Positions 1 to 7,737 of a DNA stretch of 45,871 bases are shown in pieces; the first letter of the stretch is position 1; the number at the start of each line of letters is the position of its first letter. This stretch comes from an uncultured Gammaproteobacteria bacterium (GTDB lineage: Bacteria; Patescibacteriota; Microgenomatia; Levybacterales; GWA1-39-11): positions 1 through 45,871 of the forward strand of contig CAZQIA010000002.1 of NCBI GenBank assembly GCA_964593215.1. The letters are read 5' to 3'. The notes beneath the pieces were generated by a model. The model was not told the DNA's origin, did not search any database, and saw only the letters and a program-made list of their open reading frames with translations. The position numbers and the translations under genes were made by a program.

Positions 1-1
1 T

Positions 2-124
2 GTAAAATTGTATAAATTAGAAAAACATCCCACGCCTAAAGAAGCAGAGGAAATTACAAAAAAATGGTCCCCCTTTAGAACATATGGAAGTAGGATTTTG
101 TGGATGAGTTTGGACCAAAAGTAA
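2..124 (+). CDS. 3' end of an HhH-GPD DNA glycosylase (AlkA / 3-methyladenine glycosylase II-like); 5' part outside the window
   Basis: Frame is open from the window edge to TAA at 122-124. My translation ...KEAEEITKKWSPFRTYGSRILWMSLDQK carries the W-x-P-[FW]-R-[ST]-Y-x4-LW tail typical of AlkA-type glycosylases. Confidence 0.4.
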   Translation, partial: VKLYKLEKHPTPKEAEEITKKWSPFRTYGSRILWMSLDQK

Positions 125-174
125 TCGCTAGCACTCTTGGGGTACTAGATTGTTTTACCTCTTCGATTCTAAAT

Positions 175-1266
175 TTAATTTCCGTCATCCAGAAGTCCAA
201 GTCCTTTAATTTCTGGTAAAGAATTTCCCATAATTCCTTTTAAATCTCCCTGCATGCCATATGTGTTATCTATTACTTGTCTAATATTTTTTTCATCCCT
301 TGACCATTTATTTGCAAAATATCTTTTTTCTTTTTCTATCTCGTCCTGCATGCTGGTAAATGCTTCTACTATTGCTTCAATTCGTTGTCTAAACTCAGTT
401 CCAGAAAGGTAGGTATATAAGATATCCATTTTATCCTGTTTTCCTTCAGAAGCGCGTTTTGCCATGGCGATCTGAATTATTGAAAGACGTAAAGAGTAGG
501 CAAGTCCTAAAACAAAATTTCGTTTTACAACCCAAATGTTTTTATAAAATTTGGCACTTTCTATCTCATCCGGAACCACTTCAGAAATTATGACCGCGTA
601 TTCTGCAGTAATTCCTCTTTGGTCTGATTTTAGTTTATCAACCCACAACTCGCTCCATGCTTTAGTGTTTTTTAACTCCCACAATATTTTTCCGCATGTA
701 TTTCCATTTCTATCCACTACTTCCTGCACTATGTCTCCTCCGCGTGTTCCTTTTGCAACTTCTGAGATTATGTCATTAGGAAATTCACGTTTTAAAATTT
801 CCTCAAACTCCAGCTCAAAGGCTTCCCCCTGAGTTTGTTGGGATCCTTGGTTTGCTTTTCTTTGTGCATCATCTAAGGCTTTTTTCAAGTCTTCTATAAC
901 TTTTTCTTTTTCTAAATCTTTTAGGTGATGTTTTTCTTCCTCCTCTTTTACTACTTTTTCTTCAATTTTCTTCTTCTCGGAATCTACTTGTCTTGCGATT
1001 TTTAAATCTATCTCTTTCTCTTTTTCTTCAAGAAGTCGTTTTTCCTCGCGCAGTTTTAATTCTTCTTTCAAAAATTCGTCATTTTTCTTCTTCTGGTCAT
1101 CAAGTTGTTTTTGCAAATCTAAGAGTTCAGATTTATTTTTTTCTTCAAACTTTGCTTGAAGCTCTTTTTCTGTTTGTTTTTTTATTTCTTCTTCAACTTG
1201 ATGTCTAAACACTTCATCTATTTGAAAATCTTTATTGCAGTGGGGACATGTTATAGAGTTTTGCAT
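175..1266 (-). CDS. DUF2130-like protein: N-terminal zinc ribbon, long K/E-rich coiled coil, C-terminal PD-(D/E)xK-like nuclease core (RmuC-like architecture)
   Basis: 363-aa ORF. CPHC ribbon at the N-terminus, ~150 aa of K/E/L heptad-like sequence, then GGDIVQEV...ILWELKNTK (D...ExK pattern). Confidence 0.6.
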   Translation of the reverse strand: MQNSITCPHCNKDFQIDEVFRHQVEEEIKKQTEKELQAKFEEKNKSELLDLQKQLDDQKKKNDEFLKEELKLREEKRLLEEKEKEIDLKIARQVDSEKKKIEEKVVKEEEEKHHLKDLEKEKVIEDLKKALDDAQRKANQGSQQTQGEAFELEFEEILKREFPNDIISEVAKGTRGGDIVQEVVDRNGNTCGKILWELKNTKAWSELWVDKLKSDQRGITAEYAVIISEVVPDEIESAKFYKNIWVVKRNFVLGLAYSLRLSIIQIAMAKRASEGKQDKMDILYTYLSGTEFRQRIEAIVEAFTSMQDEIEKEKRYFANKWSRDEKNIRQVIDNTYGMQGDLKGIMGNSLPEIKGLGLLDDGN

Positions 1267-1278
1267 GGTGGGAGTAAT

Positions 1279-2574
1279 TTATACCACATTTTTAACCAAT
1301 TTGTACCCGCGCGTTTTCACAGTGATAATTTCTATGTCGGAATTTTGAGATTTTAATTTAGAGCGTAATCTTGCAACTAATCTGTCAATTGCCCAGTCAG
1401 AAACACCTATAGATTCTGCTTCCTGCCATACGTGTTCAATTATTTCTTCGCGCTCGCATACGTCATTTGTATATTTTTCCAAAATTTCTAAAAGAGCATG
1501 TTCTTTTTTACTAAGCTCTATATTCTGTCCATTTTTTTTCTTTACGTGTTTCTTATCTTCTAAAAACTTTTCAAAAAGAATGCTAAAAAAATTATTGGTT
1601 TCTGTAATAAGGCCTGTATTAAAAAGATATTCAGTATTGTTTCTGTCTTCCGGGGAAAAAACTTCTCCTGTTATTATTTTTTCCACAGCTGCCTTTTCTT
1701 CTCCGGTTAAACTTTCATACAGCTCTTCAGACTGTAAATTAATCCTTTCATCTGAAAGAAGCGTTTCCAGAAGATTTTCAGCTGAAAGTTTTTTATTTTC
1801 TTCATGAAGAGAAATAAGTGCAAACTGTAAATACTGGTTGTATCCATCCACGAGTGATAAAAGTTTTTTCTTAATGTCTTCTGGCAGTGTGAGGTTATAT
1901 TGTTTTGCTGCAGAATGAAAAATAGTCTCAACATCCTCAGATTTTGCCGGTTTTACATATAATGTGTCTGCAAAAACTGAGAGCGCGTGTTTTGTAAATA
2001 CCTCAGAGGAAAGCGTATCAAGAGGTCTTACACTGGTAAAAACAAAAGCTAGTTTATTTTGGGTTGCATCAATAAGACCCTGAAAGTTTCCAAAAAAAGC
2101 ATGGGTTGCATACTCAATGATTCTGTCAAATCTGATAAAAAAAATTGTAGGGCTGTATCCGTTTTCTGATAAGAGAACTAAACTTTTTCTAATGCCATCT
2201 ATGGTGAGAAAAAGGTCTTGGGATTGAATACTTTCCAGAAATAACTGCGCAACCCTTTTTTTAATATGCTCATCCTTTATATTTTCCTCTATATAATCTG
2301 AAATCCTTTTTAAAGTTAAAATCCAAAAAGGGAAAATATCTCTTTCTACTAAATCATTTAGGTCTACAGGTATAAAAATATGCCTTTCAGATTTGAGGTA
2401 TGTTTGGCCGATTTTTTCGTGGTAGAGGAAAAATCTTAAAAAATTACTGATTCCAACCCGTTTCATTCCTACCAGAACCACTGATCTCCTGTTTCTTAGT
2501 AATGTACCCAGCTTCTCAGCTTCCTCGTTTCTAAAGGTGGTAGGGTATTCTTGCTCAATAACATGCCTAAGCAT
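1279..2574 (-). CDS. STAND/AAA-like NTPase with degenerate P-loop fused to an OmpR/PhoB-type winged-helix DNA-binding domain
   Basis: 431-aa ORF. GMKRVGIS sits where GxxxxGK[ST] is expected (Lys replaced by Ile), and IFFIRFD is Walker-B-like. C-terminal ...VWQEAESIGVSDWAIDRLVARLRSKL...ITVKTRGYKLV matches the Trans_reg_C pattern. Confidence 0.55.
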   Translation of the reverse strand: MLRHVIEQEYPTTFRNEEAEKLGTLLRNRRSVVLVGMKRVGISNFLRFFLYHEKIGQTYLKSERHIFIPVDLNDLVERDIFPFWILTLKRISDYIEENIKDEHIKKRVAQLFLESIQSQDLFLTIDGIRKSLVLLSENGYSPTIFFIRFDRIIEYATHAFFGNFQGLIDATQNKLAFVFTSVRPLDTLSSEVFTKHALSVFADTLYVKPAKSEDVETIFHSAAKQYNLTLPEDIKKKLLSLVDGYNQYLQFALISLHEENKKLSAENLLETLLSDERINLQSEELYESLTGEEKAAVEKIITGEVFSPEDRNNTEYLFNTGLITETNNFFSILFEKFLEDKKHVKKKNGQNIELSKKEHALLEILEKYTNDVCEREEIIEHVWQEAESIGVSDWAIDRLVARLRSKLKSQNSDIEIITVKTRGYKLVKNVV

Positions 2575-2580
2575 GAAGGT

Positions 2581-2609
2581 ATTGTACTTCTTGCCGTGAC
2601 TTTTCGCAA
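2581..2609 (-). promoter_or_regulatory. Sigma70-type promoter TTGCGA-17-TACAAT ending 6 nt before the ATG at 2574 (leaderless-type geometry)
   Basis: Reverse complement of 2581-2609 reads TTGCGA aaagtcacggcaagaag TACAAT. There is no purine-rich SD before the start. An inverted repeat CCTGA-N6-TCAGG (2611-2626) sits just upstream of the -35. Confidence 0.4.
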
Positions 2610-2688
2610 ACCTGAAAATTGTCAGGATTTTGTTTGTAAATTGTTTTAAAAAAAGTTGAATTACGTCAAGCGTAAGCTAAAATTGGAC

Positions 2689-2696
2689 TGTATTAT
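2689..2696 (+). promoter_or_regulatory. TG-TATTAT -10 element 8 nt upstream of the ATG at 2705
   Basis: ctgTATTATagaaaaatATG, with no SD. Same geometry as several other starts in the window. Confidence 0.3.
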
Positions 2697-2704
2697 AGAA
2701 AAAT

Positions 2705-2908
2705 ATGGCAAGTTCTGAAAGACAACCTAGACAAGTAACCGTACATGAGATTTTACAAAGAGCTCGTTTCGCAAAACCTTCTGTTAGGGAAGAGAATTGG
2801 GGTGGGCACAAAGTTAGAATTGCATCTCTTGAGGGAAAATCTTACAATCCAGCCCCTCCGCCTGAATCAAGCTCAATCCAAGCGGGCGTGAAGTATACAT
2901 TAAGGTAG
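2705..2908 (+). CDS. Hypothetical small protein (67 aa), divergent from the NTPase-wHTH gene
   Basis: ORF with a leaderless-type -10 just upstream. Locally more GC-rich than its surroundings. I recognise no family. Confidence 0.3.
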   Translation: MASSERQPRQVTVHEILQRARFAKPSVREENWGGHKVRIASLEGKSYNPAPPPESSSIQAGVKYTLR

Positions 2909-2922
2909 GAAGGCTTAGATAC

Positions 2923-3543
2923 TTAAGGACGCAGCCCTTCATATACGTAATATTCTCCATATTTTTCTATACAAACATATGGAGTATTTTTTCTCATATT
3001 CTCAGCATGCCCAGGAGATTTTATCCATTCTGAAACTACATCATTTGAGTTTGAGTTCATTGCAATATTTTCTGTTACCTCATGGTATGAGTATGGGAGT
3101 GTGTGATTGTTCACTCTGTTTGTGAAGCCCGCATGGGAAAAATCTGCTGAAATTTCTTGCGCACGCAACCTTGCAAAAGAACAAGTATCTGAATTTGACA
3201 CAACAGGAGAAAGACCTTGGGATTTTCTGTAGTCATTTACTTGAGACAAGAGGTCTGACATTCCTCCAGAGAAATTTGTTTGGATAGGTGCTCTAGTCGG
3301 AAGCGGTTTTTTAGTAGGAGTGGGAATAGGAGAAGGTGTGGGAGTTGGGGTTGGAGAGGGGGTTTTTGTAGGAGTGGGAACTGGGGTTTTTGTAGGTGTT
3401 AGGGGGACAGGGGTTTCTAAATTGCTTTGAATATGCTGCGTTCTTTTTTCTGAGAATACATACGTTTTTGCTGTAAGAAAGAGTAGAAGAAAAAGAAACG
3501 TTGAAACAAATAAAAATAATAGCAAAATCCTGCCTTTTTGCAT
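2923..3543 (-). CDS. Secreted/anchored CAP (SCP/YkwD-like) domain protein with Pro/Thr-rich linker
   Basis: N-terminal hydrophobic anchor (ILLLFLFVSTFLFLLLFL) and a PT-rich linker. The CAP pattern is YRKSQGLSP...FSHAGF...ENIA...WIKSPGHAENM. Confidence 0.7.
   Translation of the reverse strand: MQKGRILLLFLFVSTFLFLLLFLTAKTYVFSEKRTQHIQSNLETPVPLTPTKTPVPTPTKTPSPTPTPTPSPIPTPTKKPLPTRAPIQTNFSGGMSDLLSQVNDYRKSQGLSPVVSNSDTCSFARLRAQEISADFSHAGFTNRVNNHTLPYSYHEVTENIAMNSNSNDVVSEWIKSPGHAENMRKNTPYVCIEKYGEYYVYEGLRP
3285..3420 (-). repeat. Low-complexity tandem repeat encoding the (T/S)P(T/V/I)P(T)K linker of the CAP protein
   Basis: Plus strand shows reiterated gtaggagtgggaa / ggtgtgggagttgggg units. They translate as TPTKTPVPTPTKTPSPTPTPTPSPIPTPTKKP. 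Confidence 0.7.
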
Positions 3544-3572
3544 TATCCATTTAATGTACGGAGATATGGGAA

Positions 3573-4376
3573 TTAAGTCAAGTAAGAATTGGGTTTTATT
3601 TCAATTTTGTCATTAGTTTGCACAAGAAAACCTTCATTTTCCAGTTGAGCCAAGGCTTTTTTGAAATGCACTGAATTTATTTGTTTCTCAAGTCTATGTA
3701 TTGAAATATTTTTTTCATGAAGGAGAATTTTTAAAATCTTTCCCCGCGATTGCCGAAGGCTTCCCTCAAATTTTGATTGTTTTATATAATGTTTACTTTT
3801 TCGGTTTGGATTTATCTCGGCCTTTCCCAAATAAGCGCCGAAATCCATTAATGCATAGTACCAATTCCTAGGGTTTTTTTGATCAAGCGTAATCTCGATT
3901 AATCTTGAGATGTCTTTGTCTGAAACATTTTCTTGATTCTTGAAAAATTCGTGGATAAATACGCGTCTAATATTGGTTTCAATAAAAACATAAGGATTGT
4001 TGGTTGAAAAAACATATATCGCACCAGCTGTGTTTTCTCCAATTCCTTTTAACGTTTTGAGATGTGAAGGGTGAAAGTCTGGATTTTGAGAAAGTTTTTC
4101 TGCTGCGGCTTTAAGATATAATGCGCGTCTGTTATATCCTAAACCGGACCATATTTTTAAAACATTTTCATTTGATGCTTCCGCCAGTTTATGAATAGTA
4201 GCAAATGTTTTTAAAAACATTTCATATTTTGGAAGAACTCTGGAAGCTTGGGTTTGCTGCAGCATCATTTCCGAAACAAGAATTTTATATGGGTCAGTGG
4301 TTTCTCTCCATGGAAAATCTCTTTTGCTCTTTTTGTAGAAGTCCCAAATCTTCTTCTGAAATAGAGGTGTGCTCAC
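3573..4376 (-). CDS. MutY/Nth-like HhH-GPD DNA glycosylase lacking the Fe-S cluster loop and the NUDIX-like C-domain
   Basis: FPWRETTDPYKILVSEMMLQQTQASRV...WSGLGYNRRALYLKAAA...LKGIGENTAG follows the MutY N-terminal pattern. The whole 267-aa protein contains no Cys. Confidence 0.6.
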   Translation of the reverse strand: MSTPLFQKKIWDFYKKSKRDFPWRETTDPYKILVSEMMLQQTQASRVLPKYEMFLKTFATIHKLAEASNENVLKIWSGLGYNRRALYLKAAAEKLSQNPDFHPSHLKTLKGIGENTAGAIYVFSTNNPYVFIETNIRRVFIHEFFKNQENVSDKDISRLIEITLDQKNPRNWYYALMDFGAYLGKAEINPNRKSKHYIKQSKFEGSLRQSRGKILKILLHEKNISIHRLEKQINSVHFKKALAQLENEGFLVQTNDKIEIKPNSYLT

Positions 4377-4383
4377 ACAAGCA

Positions 4384-7300
4384 TTATACCAGTCTCTTTA
4401 AACGTTTATATTCAGACTGATAGATAATGTAGTACATTACTGGTATGAAAAACAACATGATTATTCCTGAAAATGTAAGCCCTGCAATAATTGCTCCTCC
4501 TAGACCACGCCACAACGGGTTTGATAATGAGATTGGAATAAGTCCTATGATGGTTGTAAATGATCCTATGAAAACTGGCTCAAGTCTACTGGCAGCGCCG
4601 TCTGAGAGCGCTTCAACCAGTGTCATTCCGGATGAAAGGTTGCGGTTTATTTTATCTACAAGCATCATGGCGTGAGTTACCACAATTCCAAAAAGGGACA
4701 AAACACCTATAAGAGCTGGAAGTGAAAGAGGAGTTCCTGTTAGTGCAAAAACTACAAATACTCCTGAAATAGCAATTGGAATAACAAGCATAACTATTAG
4801 AGATTGGCGGTAGGATCTAAACTGGATCACCATAGTTGCTAAAATTAGAACAAACGCTAAAAGCATAGCTTCTAAAATAGACGTAACTGATTTTTGATTT
4901 TCTTCGTTTACCCCACCTGTCTGATAAGAATATCCGCTATCAAGCTTTAAATTTTGTTTCACGTAGTCTAAAAACTTCTGGTTCAGGGTGCTTACCGAGT
5001 AACCTTTTGCAACACCAGCTGAAACAGAAATACTTCTTTTGCTGTTGTGTCTTGTTATGGTGGTGGGATTGTTTTCTAGGCGTAATGATCCTAATGACAA
5101 GAGCGGGATTTGTTCTCCTGACTGAGTGGGAATCATAATTCTTCCTAGGTCACCAGGACTTGAAATATCAGAGTTAACTCTAAAAGTAATGTCTTGTTCA
5201 TCGTTTCCATTAAACTTTACTTTATCCACGGTATTTCCGGTTGCAAAAGTTCTCAAAAATAAACCAACTGAGGCAACATCTAGATTATTTTTGGCAAGCT
5301 CTTGCCTGTTTGGGACAAATGTGAGCTTAGACGCGCCAGGCGTAATAGACTTTTTGGCGTTTACAATGCCCGGTTGTTTTTTCAAAAATGATACAGCTTG
5401 ATCAGCATAAGAATCAAGCTTACTAAGATCATCCCCCAGTAAAAGTACCTGTACATCAGCTCCCGCCGGTGGTCCTCCGCTTTGTTCCATAACGGAGAGC
5501 GTTGCAGTTGATTTGTATGTTTTAAATTCTTTTCTGAGTTTATCTGCAATTTCTAAAGAGTTTATAGATCTTTTCTCTTTTACAGGCAGGTTAAGAGTGA
5601 AAAGTGATTGTGTATCAGTACTTGTTAAATTTCCGCTTGAGGTGTCAATTCCACGCCCTACCTCTCCTGTTACCGAAATTATTCCAGGGGTTTTTCTTAA
5701 GTCTTCTAAAACGCGTACTGTTTCTTGAGTAGTTGTTTTGAGATTGGATCCCGCAGGCATTTCAAGCGCAACATAGATGAAATCCTGATCAATTTTAGGG
5801 AAAAATTCATTTACTACAAAGCCTAACGGTAAAAGAAAATATGCAAAAACGGTAAATAACGCAACAGTAATCAAAACATTTCTTCTTCCGGTTTTTGAAA
5901 GAATAACTTTTTTTATTACAGTTTTATATCTAATCGCAAAATGCTCTATATCTATAAGTCTTTCGTTAAATCTAGCTAAAAACCTTCCTGTATCTTTAAA
6001 GATATTTCTTCCTGTTTTTTCCTGTAGAAAACCGGAAAATGCACGCCTTGTTCTATAGGTTATGAAAAGAAGAAATATAAATAATAGCAGAATGAGTAGA
6101 GCAAACGGATTTCCCTTGACTAAAGTAAAGAACACAAAAAGACCCAGTGTTATTCCGAGAATTTTTAAAAGAATTTTAACTCTTTTTGGAATTTCCGGTT
6201 TTAGGATAATCATCATAAGAGGAAGCGTTATAAAAACTGCAATCGCGGTGGACGCGTATAGTGTGGTGGATACAATAATTGGAAGGGTTTTTAAAAATTC
6301 TCCTATAATTCCCGTGGCAAGTAAAAGCGGTACAAATGCCCATACGGTGGTAATAGTTGTACTCCAAATAGGAACTATAAAGTCTCTCCACACTAAAAGT
6401 CCGGACTGTGTGGTTGTGAATTTTTTAGTTCTATAGTAAGAGGTCATTCCGGTGACTATAACAATCGTGTCATCAACCAATAACCCAAGAGATAAAAGAA
6501 GGGAAAAAAGAGTTAAGAAATTAAGAGAAAGACCCGCCGCGTTTGCAACCGTAAAGGAGACCAAAAATGTTAACGGGATGGTAAGAATTGCAATAAGAGC
6601 CTGCCGTACTCCTAAAAAGATTAAAAATGTTATGAAAACCAGAATAAGCGTGTCCCTGAAGCTGTCTGTTAAATTTCCAAATTCTTTTCCAATGTCATCT
6701 GTTACATCTGATATGGTGTGGATTTTAAACTGATTATTATATTCTTTTACCATTTCTTCCACTGTGTTTTTTGCGGCTTTATTTCCTGCATCTATAGTTG
6801 ATGCTGTAGTTTTAAAGACATACAGAGTTATAACAGGAGTTCCTTTTTCCGTTGCAGATGCAAGATAGGAAGAGGTTTGGTTTGGTTTTGAGCGTTCCAT
6901 AACAGTTGCAATATCAGAGATTGCTACCTGTTCTCCGTTAACGTTTAAAATGGTGTTTCTGATATCATCAACTGAAGTAATTGGTGCATCTATTCCTATG
7001 GAAATTGATGAATTTTCCGTATCCACATTTCCTGCCGGAAATGAATTAAGTGAATTTCTAACAGCTTGAGAGAGCAAAAGCGGATTTAAATTATTTGTAG
7101 AGATTTTTTCAGGATCTGCAATAATTGCAAACTCCTGTTCTTCAAGTCCAGTTATGGTAACACGGTCAATGTTGGAAGTATTTTCCAGTTTTTTCTTGAG
7201 TGCTTTTGTAAATCTTCCTAAAGATGCAGGATCTCTTCCGCGTACTGCAAACACCCAGATCGGCTGATCTTCAAAATCAAACTTTCTTACAGTAGGAGTT

Positions 7301-7728
7301 AGTGCATCAGTAGGAAGACTGTTTACTTTAGTAACCGCTGCTTGTACGTCATCCCGTGCTTTGTCTGCATTTATGCTGGATGAAAACTGGATTGTAATAC
7401 TTGAAAAAGATTCATTTGAAACAGAGTCTATATCTGTAATCCCCTTAATGCTTTTAATAGAGTCCTCTAATGGAATTGTCACTAAAGATTCAACGTCTTT
7501 AGGAGATGCTCCGGGAAGTACAGTAGAAACTCCCACGATTGGAATTTTAATTTCCGGATTGAGACGCCTGGGGAGAACATAAAAACTTGTAGTTCCTACC
7601 GCAATGATAATTAAAACTAAAAGAATTACAACCCTTATGTTAGTTAAATACTTGGCTTTAAAAGACCGTAAAAGTGAAGGGTCAAACTTTAACTTAGAAA
7701 GATATGAAGATCCTTTTTGATTTTCCAT
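4384..7728 (-). CDS. RND-superfamily efflux transporter (AcrB/HAE-like)
   Basis: 1114 aa with two repeats of one TM segment, a large loop and a TM bundle. Contains the GLLVDDTIVIV-type motif. Confidence 0.85.
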   Translation of the reverse strand: MENQKGSSYLSKLKFDPSLLRSFKAKYLTNIRVVILLVLIIIAVGTTSFYVLPRRLNPEIKIPIVGVSTVLPGASPKDVESLVTIPLEDSIKSIKGITDIDSVSNESFSSITIQFSSSINADKARDDVQAAVTKVNSLPTDALTPTVRKFDFEDQPIWVFAVRGRDPASLGRFTKALKKKLENTSNIDRVTITGLEEQEFAIIADPEKISTNNLNPLLLSQAVRNSLNSFPAGNVDTENSSISIGIDAPITSVDDIRNTILNVNGEQVAISDIATVMERSKPNQTSSYLASATEKGTPVITLYVFKTTASTIDAGNKAAKNTVEEMVKEYNNQFKIHTISDVTDDIGKEFGNLTDSFRDTLILVFITFLIFLGVRQALIAILTIPLTFLVSFTVANAAGLSLNFLTLFSLLLSLGLLVDDTIVIVTGMTSYYRTKKFTTTQSGLLVWRDFIVPIWSTTITTVWAFVPLLLATGIIGEFLKTLPIIVSTTLYASTAIAVFITLPLMMIILKPEIPKRVKILLKILGITLGLFVFFTLVKGNPFALLILLLFIFLLFITYRTRRAFSGFLQEKTGRNIFKDTGRFLARFNERLIDIEHFAIRYKTVIKKVILSKTGRRNVLITVALFTVFAYFLLPLGFVVNEFFPKIDQDFIYVALEMPAGSNLKTTTQETVRVLEDLRKTPGIISVTGEVGRGIDTSSGNLTSTDTQSLFTLNLPVKEKRSINSLEIADKLRKEFKTYKSTATLSVMEQSGGPPAGADVQVLLLGDDLSKLDSYADQAVSFLKKQPGIVNAKKSITPGASKLTFVPNRQELAKNNLDVASVGLFLRTFATGNTVDKVKFNGNDEQDITFRVNSDISSPGDLGRIMIPTQSGEQIPLLSLGSLRLENNPTTITRHNSKRSISVSAGVAKGYSVSTLNQKFLDYVKQNLKLDSGYSYQTGGVNEENQKSVTSILEAMLLAFVLILATMVIQFRSYRQSLIVMLVIPIAISGVFVVFALTGTPLSLPALIGVLSLFGIVVTHAMMLVDKINRNLSSGMTLVEALSDGAASRLEPVFIGSFTTIIGLIPISLSNPLWRGLGGAIIAGLTFSGIIMLFFIPVMYYIIYQSEYKRLKRLV

Positions 7729-7737
7729 GATTTAGAA

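Noticed and set aside
551-832. Many short ORFs in the six-frame track nested in or antisense to long genes. Examples: 551-832, 993-1208, 1156-1356, 1580-1807, 1707-1934, 3311-3550, 4205-4420, 4445-4675, 5126-5401, 6062-6436, 9446-9673, 11246-11455, 12179-12460, 14518-14871, 22679-23005, 23407-23694, 25016-25417, 26649-26921, 33432-33803, 38692-39063, 43279-43758, 44936-45220 and 45402-45695.
   Set aside because: All overlap well-supported longer CDSs on the same or opposite strand. They have low-complexity or shadow-frame composition and no recognisable motifs, so I treat them as non-coding shadows.
2640-2920. The relatively GC-rich stretch as a structured RNA gene (RNase P RNA, SRP RNA, tmRNA, 6S).
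   Set aside because: I could not find the hallmark motifs: no GAGGAAAGTCC or ACAGAA..CGGCTTA of RNase P, no SRP domain IV GGAA/AGCA loop context, and no tmRNA acceptor or TCCACCA end. It is kept only as a low-confidence small ORF.
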